DNA of 24,000 nucleotides from the NCBI RefSeq assembly GCF_003417465.1, contig NZ_QVMV01000020.1, positions 24,098 through 48,097 of the forward strand, written 5' to 3'. Both the position numbers and the translations under genes were made by a program. Below the pieces are notes generated by a model. The model did not search any database, had not been told where the DNA came from, and saw only the letters and a list, made by a program, of their open reading frames with translations. This document shows positions 1 through 8,493 of this stretch, piece after piece. The DNA is from Wenzhouxiangella sp. 15190. GTDB taxonomy: Bacteria > Pseudomonadota > Gammaproteobacteria > Xanthomonadales > Wenzhouxiangellaceae. The first letter of the stretch is position 1, and every line of letters begins with the position of its first letter.

Positions 1-2328
1 ATGCCCAGCGACTCGCTCGATACGCTTCTCGACGCACTTTGCAGCCAGCTTAGTGGCTGTGCCAGTACCCCGGATGCAGTGGAGGCGCCGGCGGCAATCC
101 TCTGGACCGATCCGGAAGGTTTCTGGCGCAGCCTGGTTCCCCAATTGCTGGAAATTTTGCCGGAGTTACTCGTTTTGGGGGAGTATGACCCGGAGCGTCG
201 CACCGGCCCCGCGGTCTGGTTGCGATGTGTGGTCGATGGTGGCATTTCGCTGGATGCGGAAACCGAGGGCCGAACCCCGATCCTCTACTTACCCGGCGTG
301 GGTCGCCAGGACTTGCGCAGGGGTGACGAAGTGCCGTGGAAACTCAGTCCGTTGGTAGAACTGCAGTTTCGGGGGACGATGTGGCTGAACAAGGGCCAAG
401 ACTGGACGGTGACGGCCTTTCTCAGTTCATCCCGTACGCTAGACTTGGAGCTTGGCCGTCATGAAACCACACGCCAAGCTTTGCTGCGCGCCTTGCCAGA
501 GCTTGCCGTAACCTCGATCTCGTCGCTGAAGGGCCGGCGGCTGACGGCCGATGATTTCGATCGCCTGCTGAGCAGCGATACCATTCGCGATCTGCTGCGG
601 TGGATGGGAGAGCCCGAACTGACTCAAACCCGCATGGGTAGGGAAACCTGGGCCGCCTTTTGCAGCCAGGTTCAGGAAAAGTTCGGTCTGGATCCGGCCA
701 CGGACGATGTCACCACGGCTGGGGAATTACTCGGCCGTGCCGATGGGGCCTGGGAATCGGTGTGGGAACGCTTCGCTGAGGCACCCCAGGCCTATAAGGG
801 CATTCCCGAATTGCTGGCGCGCAGTCAGCCCAATGAGCTGCTGCTCGACGGCTCCCGTTGGCCCGGCGTCAATCGGGATCGTGAGGAAGAACTGAGGAAG
901 GAACTGGAGGCACTTGCAGACCTGCCCCATGCCGAGGCCTGTGAGCGCCTGCTGGAGCTCGAGCGCAAACATGGTGGGCGCCGCGGATGGGTGTGGGCTG
1001 CGCTCGATCAGAGCCCGATGGCAAAGGTGCTGACTCCCCTCGCCACGGTCGCCCAATTCTGTCAACAAGTCCCTACCGCCCAGTCGCCCGATGAGTTGGC
1101 AGGCAAGTATGTTGATGGGCTGTGGCAGGCGGACCAGGCAGCTTGGCAGGCCATGGTGATTAGCGGCGTGACTGATGACCAGGTGGTGCATGCGGCACTG
1201 CGCGCCCTGCTGGAACCATGGCTGGAGTCTACTGCCCGGTTGCTACAAGAACTGACCCACGATCATCCGCTGCCTCTGGCCGGCGAGCAGGAATTAGTGG
1301 CTGTGGCGCCCGGAGAATGCCTGGTCTTCGTCGATGGGCTCCGTTTTGATATTGGCATGAGCCTTGTCGACCGATTGCGCGATGAAGGCTGCGAGGCCGA
1401 GGTAAGACATCGTTGGTCGGCGTTGCCATCGGTTACCGCCACCGGCAAGCCCGCGGTGACTCCGGCAGCGAAAGGTATCCGTGGCGCCGAACTCGGCGAG
1501 GACTTTGCGCCGAACTTCGTCGACGGCGAGAAGTCAGTTGTCGCGCGAAATCTGCGGGCCGATCTGGAGACGCGCGGTTACCAGATACTGAGTGACGAGG
1601 ACGCATCGTCACCAGCGGATGATCACACTCGCGGATGGCTGGAAACCGCCAATATCGACAAGTTGGGCCACAAGCTGGAAGCAGACCTGGCTCGACAGCT
1701 TCCCAGTGAACTCGAGCGACTCGCCAATCGCATCCGAAAACTGTTCGATGCCGGCTGGAAAAAGGTACGGATCGTGACCGATCACGGCTGGCTTCTGTTG
1801 CCCGGCGGGCTACCCAAAGCACATCTCCCCAAACACCTGACACAGAGCCGCTGGGCGCGTTGTGCGGCCATATCCGGCGCCTCGGAGCCGGACGCGCCAA
1901 CCGCCCCCTGGTACTGGAACCGGGAAGCCCGATTTGCCTACGCACCTGGCATCAGCTGCTTCAACGCGGCGCCAGCGTATGCACACGGCGGCGTGAGCCT
2001 GCAGGAGTGCGTCATTCCGGATATTGCGGTTACTCGCGACTCGGCAGTCGGTCAGCCGGACGTGCGCCTGGAATCGATCAGCTGGCACGGTTTGCGCTGT
2101 TTCATCGAAGCCGCGAGTGCCGGCGGCAATGTCACGGCCGACTTGCGTTTGGGCCGAGTCAATGGAGTATCTGTGGCTAATACTCCCAAAAAGCTGGACG
2201 AAGAGGGCACTGCAAGCCTGCTGCTGCCGGACGACGAGCACGAGGACGCCGATTTGGTCGTAGTGCTGCTGGATGAAGACGAGCAGGTTCTGGCCCACAA
2301 GCATACAAAGGTAGGACACGCTGGATGA
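1..2328 (+). CDS. pglZ: BREX PglZ (BrxZ) alkaline-phosphatase-superfamily protein, possibly 5'-truncated by the window edge
   Basis: The frame is open from nt 1. PglZ-type motifs VFVDGLRFD and RIVTDHGWLLLPGG are present. The stop overlaps the start of a BrxL-like gene (ATGA at 2325-2328), which is the canonical terminal gene order of type 1 BREX. Confidence 0.85.
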   Translation: MPSDSLDTLLDALCSQLSGCASTPDAVEAPAAILWTDPEGFWRSLVPQLLEILPELLVLGEYDPERRTGPAVWLRCVVDGGISLDAETEGRTPILYLPGVGRQDLRRGDEVPWKLSPLVELQFRGTMWLNKGQDWTVTAFLSSSRTLDLELGRHETTRQALLRALPELAVTSISSLKGRRLTADDFDRLLSSDTIRDLLRWMGEPELTQTRMGRETWAAFCSQVQEKFGLDPATDDVTTAGELLGRADGAWESVWERFAEAPQAYKGIPELLARSQPNELLLDGSRWPGVNRDREEELRKELEALADLPHAEACERLLELERKHGGRRGWVWAALDQSPMAKVLTPLATVAQFCQQVPTAQSPDELAGKYVDGLWQADQAAWQAMVISGVTDDQVVHAALRALLEPWLESTARLLQELTHDHPLPLAGEQELVAVAPGECLVFVDGLRFDIGMSLVDRLRDEGCEAEVRHRWSALPSVTATGKPAVTPAAKGIRGAELGEDFAPNFVDGEKSVVARNLRADLETRGYQILSDEDASSPADDHTRGWLETANIDKLGHKLEADLARQLPSELERLANRIRKLFDAGWKKVRIVTDHGWLLLPGGLPKAHLPKHLTQSRWARCAAISGASEPDAPTAPWYWNREARFAYAPGISCFNAAPAYAHGGVSLQECVIPDIAVTRDSAVGQPDVRLESISWHGLRCFIEAASAGGNVTADLRLGRVNGVSVANTPKKLDEEGTASLLLPDDEHEDADLVVVLLDEDEQVLAHKHTKVGHAG

Positions 2329-4382
2329 ATACCGTCACAGAGATGGACCACCTGGACCGCATCGCGGCGGAAGCCTTCGAAGGCTACCTTGTGCGCAAGG
2401 ACCTGGTACGAAGGTATTCACAGCAGTACCCGGTGCCGACCTACGTGGTCGAGTTCCTGCTGGGACGATACTGCGCCAGTATCGATGATGAAGAAATTGC
2501 GGAAGGCATCTCCGTCGTCGAGAAACAGCTGGATGGCAAGACCGTGCGAACCGGCACGGAGGAGTTGTTCAAATCCAAGGCCAGGGAAGTTGGCTCAGTC
2601 CGCGTGATCGATATCGTTCGCGCCAAACTGGACGCCAAGAATGACTGCTACGTCGCCGAACTACCAAGCCTGGCCCTCAAGGATGTGGAAATTGCCGATT
2701 CACTGGTCCGGGACAACGAGCGGATGCTTACCGACGGCTTCTATGCCGAAGTAACGGTGGAGTATGACCCCTTGGTTGCGCAGGAAAAGAATGGGCGCCC
2801 ATTCAGAATTTCCATGCTGCGCCCTATCCAGATGTCGCAGCCCAAGGTACTCGAGACGCTCGCCAAGGGTCGCGAAAAGTTCACGACCCAGGAGTGGGTC
2901 GATTTCCTGATTCGCTCCGTCGGCCTGGAGCCATCCTCGATGGATGACCGCGCCAAGCAGGTTGTACTGCTCCGAATGGTCCCCTTCGTTGAAAACAACT
3001 ACAACCTTGTGGAGCTCGGCCCTCGCGGAACCGGCAAGAGCCATATCTACCAGCAGATCTCGCCCTACTCACACCTTATTTCCGGCGGGAAGGCGACGGT
3101 CGCCAAGATGTTCGTCAACATGGCCAACGGCCAGCGCGGTCTGGTGTGCCAGTACGACGTGGTCTGTTTCGACGAGGTGGCTGGTATCTCGTTTGACCAG
3201 AAAGACGGCGTCAACATCATGAAAGGCTACATGGCCTCGGGGGAGTTCAGCCGAGGCAAGGAAAGCATCCGAGGGGAAGGCGGCATTGTCATGGTGGGCA
3301 ATTTCGATGTGGACGTTGAGCAGCAACAGCGGATCGGCCATCTGCTCAGCCCTCTGCCGAAGGAAATGCGAGATGACACTGCCTTCCACGATCGAATTCA
3401 CGCTTACGCACCGGGGTGGGATTTCCCCAAGCTCAACCCCAACCAGCACCTCACCAACCATTTCGGGATGGTCAGCGACTTCCTGAGTGAATGCTGGAGC
3501 CAGTCACGGAGCCTCAGTCGGGTCTCTGCCTTGCAGAACCGAGTTTTCTGGGGCGGCGCGCTGAGCGGCCGTGACATCGAGGCCGTTCACAAGACCGTAA
3601 GCGGTCTCATCAAGCTGACCTTCCCCGATCCGGAAATGCCAATACCGGATGAAGAACTGGAATGGATTGTGCGCCTGGCTCTGGAGTCACGCCGGCGCGT
3701 GAAGGAGCAGCAAAAGCGCTGCATGAAGAGCGAGTTCCGAAACACCCACTTCAGCTTCACCTTGGGCGTGGATGGCATAGAGCAGTTCGTTGCCACCCCG
3801 GAGCTTCACAGCGACGAAGCCATTGACGGTGACCCTTTGCCGCCCGGCCAAGTCTGGGCAGTCACACCTGGCGCGGAGGGCGGCCCGGGCCTGTGCCGAA
3901 TCGAAGTCACGATCGGTCCGGGAAGCGGTGTAAAGATCCTGAACCACCCGGTGCCGCCGGCATTCCGGGAAAGCGTTCGAGTTGGGGAGCAGAACCTCTA
4001 TACCCGGGCCGAGGAATTGGTCGGCAACCGCAGCCCCCGCGACCACGAATTCTCGATCCAGCTCCGCTCACTGGACAATGACAAATCCGGCACAGGTCTC
4101 GGAATGGGTGTAGTAGTCGCCCTGGCCGGCGCATTGCTCGAACGAAACTCCCGCGGCGCCACACTAGTCGTCGGCTCATTGAATCTGGGCGGTTCAGTCG
4201 AAATGCTCACCAACCCGGTTTCCATCGCAGAACTGGCCGTCGAGAAGCAGGCCAACACCCTGCTCATGCCAGTTTCGGCCCGGCGGGCACTCAATGACCT
4301 GCCGGACGAGATGTGGACGAAGATCAAGATCGAATTCTATGCGGACGCGGCAGATGCTGTTTTCAAGGCGCTAGAGGACTAG
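2325..4382 (+). CDS. brxL: BREX Lon-like ATPase/protease BrxL
   Basis: 685 aa, the typical BrxL size. It has a Walker A motif GPRGTGKSH and a Walker B-like VVCFDEV, plus a C-terminal Lon-protease-like region (GLGMGVVVALAGALL). It lies directly after pglZ with start/stop overlap. Confidence 0.85.
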   Translation: MNTVTEMDHLDRIAAEAFEGYLVRKDLVRRYSQQYPVPTYVVEFLLGRYCASIDDEEIAEGISVVEKQLDGKTVRTGTEELFKSKAREVGSVRVIDIVRAKLDAKNDCYVAELPSLALKDVEIADSLVRDNERMLTDGFYAEVTVEYDPLVAQEKNGRPFRISMLRPIQMSQPKVLETLAKGREKFTTQEWVDFLIRSVGLEPSSMDDRAKQVVLLRMVPFVENNYNLVELGPRGTGKSHIYQQISPYSHLISGGKATVAKMFVNMANGQRGLVCQYDVVCFDEVAGISFDQKDGVNIMKGYMASGEFSRGKESIRGEGGIVMVGNFDVDVEQQQRIGHLLSPLPKEMRDDTAFHDRIHAYAPGWDFPKLNPNQHLTNHFGMVSDFLSECWSQSRSLSRVSALQNRVFWGGALSGRDIEAVHKTVSGLIKLTFPDPEMPIPDEELEWIVRLALESRRRVKEQQKRCMKSEFRNTHFSFTLGVDGIEQFVATPELHSDEAIDGDPLPPGQVWAVTPGAEGGPGLCRIEVTIGPGSGVKILNHPVPPAFRESVRVGEQNLYTRAEELVGNRSPRDHEFSIQLRSLDNDKSGTGLGMGVVVALAGALLERNSRGATLVVGSLNLGGSVEMLTNPVSIAELAVEKQANTLLMPVSARRALNDLPDEMWTKIKIEFYADAADAVFKALED

Positions 4383-4415
4383 CGCCCGAGGGTATCTCTC
4401 AGTCAGGAGGGCGCT

Positions 4416-5201
4416 ATGGTCTTTTCACGGGAGTTTATCCAGAATCTTCCTGAAGACGAATTTTCTGCTCGCGAGAAACGACACCTAGAACGTAAGTTCT
4501 TTCCCCCGCCGTCAGAACCTCCTTGGCAGAAAGACTTGCGGGCAGGGTGGGAGGAGAACAAGCGCTGGCATGAAATTCTGGAAGCCCCACCCGAGCACGC
4601 AGAGCGAGAGCCGTACCGGATCACCCCAGCAGAACTGCTGCGAAGGGCAGAGGCCCGTCCACCAAAGAAAACCGGAAACACGGTTTCGTCCTTTACCGGT
4701 TGGATTTATTCGCTTTACCAGTCTCGTGCGCGTTCCTCGAGCCTTGAACAGGGTAAGCAGCTGGAGCGCCGACTCGCACAGCTAGATCAGCCCAAACCTC
4801 CAAAAGGAGTCTGGGATCTCCTGTATGTAGGCTACGGGCCCGAGGCACAGTCATCAAAGTCAATTTCCTCGCTTCTGGTTGAAGGAAAGTCGCTTTGGGG
4901 AAAGCCAGATATCGTCTTCAGAGAAAGGGCCACAGGGAGGATTCTGATCGTAGAGCTGAAGTGGTCGCGGGCCACACTGCCATCAGACTGTTGGCCGAAC
5001 GTAAGGGCTCAGCTCTGGGCTTACAGCAAAATCGACGATTTCTCAGATTCTCCAGAGATAATCTTGGCTTGTGAAGCTTGGGGAATGGGGGTAGATGGGC
5101 TTAAACCTCGGGGCTGGTGGCGCTGGCACGCCCGGCGCGAAAGGTGGGAAAAGTATCATGAGGCTCTGTTTTCGTACTTCGGGGGCGAAACGGTATCGTA
5201 A
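4416..5201 (+). CDS. Hypothetical protein with a RecB/Cas4-like PD-(D/E)xK nuclease motif set
   Basis: An AGGAGG Shine-Dalgarno lies 5-6 nt before ATG 4416. The motifs are GKPD165IVF ... ILIVE180LK182 ... AQ199LWAY203, i.e. D...ExK...QxxxY (nt 4908-5024). The gene is on the same strand as brxL and starts 34 nt downstream of it. Confidence 0.7.
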   Translation: MVFSREFIQNLPEDEFSAREKRHLERKFFPPPSEPPWQKDLRAGWEENKRWHEILEAPPEHAEREPYRITPAELLRRAEARPPKKTGNTVSSFTGWIYSLYQSRARSSSLEQGKQLERRLAQLDQPKPPKGVWDLLYVGYGPEAQSSKSISSLLVEGKSLWGKPDIVFRERATGRILIVELKWSRATLPSDCWPNVRAQLWAYSKIDDFSDSPEIILACEAWGMGVDGLKPRGWWRWHARRERWEKYHEALFSYFGGETVS

Positions 5202-5301
5202 GTCACTTAAGAATCACGAAATCCGTCCTCGGGGCGTTTTTCCGACACCTGGAGTACTAGCGATTCGTGGGCAATTCATGCCGGTTCGAGGCGCCTCTTA
5301 G

Positions 5302-5706
5302 GTGGGGCGATCACAGGAACGGTATTGCGTAAAGTGCACAGTGCGCGACGATTTACTGGAAATCACAACTCTCACCGATGAGATTGGAGGACCAGTGAGC
5401 ACAGAAGACAATCGACTTCATGGCATTGTTAAATCAGGGAAGGTAATAGAATTCTTATCTAGCGCGGATAAGGAATTCGAGGAAATTCAGTGGACGGTAT
5501 TTGGTGCCATCGAGACTAACGAAGTCATCGTTCGTGCCTCTGTCGGTGGGAAACACTTCTATCACGCTGCGCCTAGTCCCCTTGCTGTGCCGGTCATGGC
5601 AGATCGAAGATTTGGCATAGATGTGGCTGACAGTGCTCTTGCTGAGAAATTGTCGAACGAGCTATGGGCGCGCGATGGGGCAGCGATGGTAGCGTTACTC
5701 CAGTGA
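5302..5706 (+). CDS. Hypothetical protein (134 aa, GTG start)
   Basis: This is the only sizeable ORF in this interval. It has a non-ATG start, no clear SD and no recognisable motifs. Confidence 0.35.
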   Translation: MGRSQERYCVKCTVRDDLLEITTLTDEIGGPVSTEDNRLHGIVKSGKVIEFLSSADKEFEEIQWTVFGAIETNEVIVRASVGGKHFYHAAPSPLAVPVMADRRFGIDVADSALAEKLSNELWARDGAAMVALLQ

Positions 5707-5935
5707 CTCAGGCGGCATTCCTCTTAAGCGGTTTGTCGTCTATTCCGCGGGCGGGCAGTCTGCCCACGGTGGGAGTGGTCAGGTTGGTTGTCTAAGAATT
5801 CTTACATCCCGAATAGGGAATTTCCTACAGACACCGTTGGCTCCCACCACCACAATTTGTCCCGATAGGTCGACCACCTGAGTCAGAGTGCAGCCAGAGG
5901 CTCAGTGAACTCGATGACGGCGGCGCCTTCTCGAT

Positions 5936-5965
5936 CCGCCCAGGGACTGCCTGGGCGGATTTCTT
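5936..5965 (+). terminator. Rho-independent terminator-like hairpin
   Basis: A 9-bp GC-rich stem, CCGCCCAGG (5936-5944) / CCTGGGCGG (5950-5958), with a 5-nt loop, followed by ATTTCTT. It sits between convergent genes. Confidence 0.45.
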
Positions 5966-5980
5966 ATGGAGCTGGCGGCA

Positions 5981-6355
5981 TTATCCGGTGGTTTCCCGAC
6001 TTCTAAACGCAAGTTTGGCAGGCCGACCACCAAGTCCCTTTCCTGGCACTCCGGTGCGATGGCGCCACGGCCCATTCAGTCGGGGCCGCCAGTCGGGCCA
6101 TTTCCCCAGCGCCGCCAGTACAGCGCGGATAGTCCTCCAATGATCGTATCGTGTCGCTGGCGCTAAATCCCGGCATGCTACCTCCAAGTACCACCGAACA
6201 TGCTTCAGCTTCCAGTGATAGGGGTGCGAGCGGCCGGCACCCCAGCGGGCGCCGATCGCCTCAGAAATTTGTCGAGCGCGAGAGATGTGACCTCTGACGG
6301 CACCAGAGGAACCCGGCTGGGACCGGCGAAGAATCTGTTCAATGCTTGTCCTCAT
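5981..6355 (-). CDS. Hypothetical protein co-transcribed with the upstream tyrosine recombinase
   Basis: 124-aa ORF whose ATG overlaps the stop of the 6352-7314 gene (ATGA-type overlap at 6352-6355). It is basic and W/R-rich. Function was not recognised. Confidence 0.5.
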   Translation of the reverse strand: MRTSIEQILRRSQPGSSGAVRGHISRARQISEAIGARWGAGRSHPYHWKLKHVRWYLEVACRDLAPATRYDHWRTIRAVLAALGKWPDWRPRLNGPWRHRTGVPGKGLGGRPAKLAFRSRETTG

Positions 6356-7314
6356 TTGACGCCTCCTATGTAATTGCCAACGACATCGACACGGACGTGG
6401 CCCAATTCCTGCGAAATCTCCGCCCGAGCGGTCATGTCTAGGTCTCGAGGGGCTATTCGGCTTCCAGTCACTACAGGAGCCTCATGTCCGGTCAGCTGCG
6501 TATAGCGCTCGCATGCATATGCGGCTCGACAATCGTGGTAGCCGGCAATCCCAGCCGCTTTGAGTTCCTGGCGCCCCTCTCGGAGCTCGCCATCGACAAA
6601 TTTGCGATAGGATTCGCCGGCAGCGAGGAGATTTCTGCTGCCTTCCGGGCTCGTGTCCAGTGCCGTTCGGAGTGCCTTATAGGCCTCCTGGGAGACCGGC
6701 ACCAGCCGATCTGCGGTCCGGCCGCCTTTGGCTCCCTCCTGGATGTTCACTACACCCGTCTCTCGGGCTTCCCTTTCCAGTCGCGGAAGGTCGGCCAACG
6801 TCGCCTCGCGCTCTCTCAGACCTAGCTCTCGAGCCAATTCGACCACCGAGGCAGCGCGGTCACGGCCAGCAGCGCGCATGCTGGCGGCAGCTTTCGCCGC
6901 TTGGGCTCGATCGAGGCTGCCGGGTCTATCCTTACGGACATTGCTGCGAGATCCGCAGTAGTCCGAAGGGCTGACCTTGATCCCGCTGTCCCCTGTCATT
7001 GCGCGCAGGACAACCTGCGCACTGGAGATCAGGTTCTGTCCGTAGGCGACAGCTAGGTTCTTGGAAGACACCTGCTGGCCCACGTATTCGGAGAAATCCC
7101 GCAGAAGTCTCTCCGGATCGTTTCGCGCGAGGTCGCGGATTCCCTGCTCCCTCGCCCATTCCGAAAACTGGCCGAATCGACTTGCATGTGTGGCAACGGT
7201 CGCGAAATGACCGTCGCCGTAGTAGTCAATCAGGGCCTCTCGACCCGCATACGCCAGATCTCGGCCGTACCCGAAATTGCGGCTCGACCCGGCCGCGCTG
7301 TATTTCCCAGCCAT
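6352..7314 (-). CDS. Tyrosine recombinase (phage-integrase-fold protein)
   Basis: The catalytic signature appears in order: GLREREATL (Arg), KGGRTADRLVPV (Lys), YHDCRAAYA (HxxR), LGHVRVDVVGNYIG (His...Tyr). I place the start at ATG 7314, which has a GGAGG SD 6 nt upstream, rather than at the ORF-track start 7404. Confidence 0.7.
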   Translation of the reverse strand: MAGKYSAAGSSRNFGYGRDLAYAGREALIDYYGDGHFATVATHASRFGQFSEWAREQGIRDLARNDPERLLRDFSEYVGQQVSSKNLAVAYGQNLISSAQVVLRAMTGDSGIKVSPSDYCGSRSNVRKDRPGSLDRAQAAKAAASMRAAGRDRAASVVELARELGLREREATLADLPRLEREARETGVVNIQEGAKGGRTADRLVPVSQEAYKALRTALDTSPEGSRNLLAAGESYRKFVDGELREGRQELKAAGIAGYHDCRAAYACERYTQLTGHEAPVVTGSRIAPRDLDMTARAEISQELGHVRVDVVGNYIGGVK

Positions 7315-7756
7315 TGCAGGCCTCCAGAACATTGAGAGTGGACCTGTGGCGTAGAAGGTCACTACGCCGCGACATCGATCGTGCAGCCAGGGCAAGCACC
7401 TCATTCTCCCGCCAGGAGTTGGTAAGTGATAACTGGGCTTGCGGTGCCAGCGACCGATGAGGTGCCATGATGCCGCCCATGGCTGCGTCGACAGGTGTGT
7501 ACTGGGGACCTGTCAGCCCCGTTGTGACGCTTCGTCCATCTCCACGACTGTGTCTCCGGTGCTCCGGATGGCGGGGGTCGCGTGCAGTGCAGTGGCCGGC
7601 ACTGCGTGGATGGGTGCGTATTCCGCTTCGCATATCGGCGTTGCGGGTTGCTTTGACAGTGGCGAGGGGCGGCTCGGAGGGAGCAGATGTCTGCCGAGAT
7701 GCCAGGCTCGGGGGCATTCTGATGCCACATTCTGCTGTTGAGCGCGCCGCAACTGG

Positions 7757-7798
7757 CAGCAGGTGACAGCACCTGCTGTCACCTGCTGCCCCCTGCTG
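7757..7798. repeat. 13-bp inverted repeat overlapping three tandem 10-bp repeats (iteron-like)
   Basis: CAGCAGGTGACAG (7757-7769) is the reverse complement of CTGTCACCTGCTG (7776-7788). ACCTGCTGTC / ACCTGCTGCC / CCCTGCTGTC occupy 7771-7780, 7781-7790 and 7791-7800, i.e. CCTGCTG occurs every 10 bp. Confidence 0.7.
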
Positions 7799-7816
7799 TC
7801 GACGCAGGGCCGTTGA

Positions 7817-7842
7817 AACAGGGCCTCCAGGCCCTGTTTTCT
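7817..7842 (+). terminator. Terminator-like hairpin in non-coding DNA
   Basis: AACAGGGCC (7817-7825) / GGCCCTGTT (7830-7838) with a 4-nt loop, followed by TTCT. The T-tail is present only on the + strand. Confidence 0.35.
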
Positions 7843-7878
7843 CGCCACACATTGCGCCGCATCCATGCGGCACAAGTG

Positions 7879-7903
7879 GTTTTCGCGCGCAGTTTTCGCG
7901 CGC
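7879..7903. repeat. Tandem 12-mer GTTTTCGCGCGC x2
   Basis: Exact copies lie at 7879-7890 and 7892-7903, separated by one A. Confidence 0.7.
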
Positions 7904-7906
7904 GGC

Positions 7907-7993
7907 GAATGCCCGGAAACATTGAGTCTCCGGGCATTCGCGTGCGACACGTGTCGCCCGTCTCTTTGCACTCGCGCGCAAAAGAGACGGGCG
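7907..7993. repeat. Cluster of long perfect inverted repeats (hairpins/palindrome)
   Basis: An 11-bp stem, GAATGCCCGGA (7907-7917) / TCCGGGCATTC (7929-7939). A 14-bp perfect palindrome, GCGACACGTGTCGC (7944-7957). A 13-bp stem, CGCCCGTCTCTTT (7955-7967) / AAAGAGACGGGCG (7981-7993). Confidence 0.75.
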
Positions 7994-8493
7994 AACACCA
8001 CGGGGCGTCCTGCACCTGCAGTCCGCCCAAGTGTCGCTTTTGGGGTATTGACCGAGTCAATACGCGACCGTGCCGAAGAACAAGCTTCAGGCCTAGGCCA
8101 TTTGAAAACCCCGTGCGGGGCATGGGAAGGCTCGCGAGTAGCGAGCATGGAAAGACCAGCCGAGGCCGGTCAATTCGAAGGTCAGCAACTAATCAGATGA
8201 TCGCCGCAGAGATTTCTGATCGGCGAGGTGGTTGCTTCCCGGAAAGTTACGGATTCGCAAGTTATACCAATCCTGTGCGCCTCGGGCCCGTCGTTTTTTG
8301 GTTGGCCCTATCGCGTGGGCGAGATTTACGCAGCTCCCGCCTAGCTGATCACCACATTGCCAAGAAGCCCCCTCTCTGTCAAGTAGCCGCACTCCGGTTG
8401 AAAATCAGCCAACGGGGTGGAGGTCCTGATTGTTCCCCGTGAGCATATTTGGACACCAGTCCAGGACCACAAACCCACGGAGTAGCTCCGTGC

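Noticed and set aside
7226-8442. Long overlapping ORFs in the hairpin-rich region (251 aa and 211 aa on the minus strand, 234 aa on the plus strand)
   Set aside because: They overlap one another in different frames and have Arg/Ala/Pro/Cys-rich low-complexity translations typical of random open frames in GC-rich DNA. They have no SD sequences, and perfect palindromes run through them. I treated the region as non-coding.
7405-8493. Retron-like msr/msd or another RT-associated ncRNA as an explanation for the hairpin cluster
   Set aside because: No reverse transcriptase gene is present anywhere in the window, and no flanking a1/a2-type repeat arrangement was identifiable by eye.
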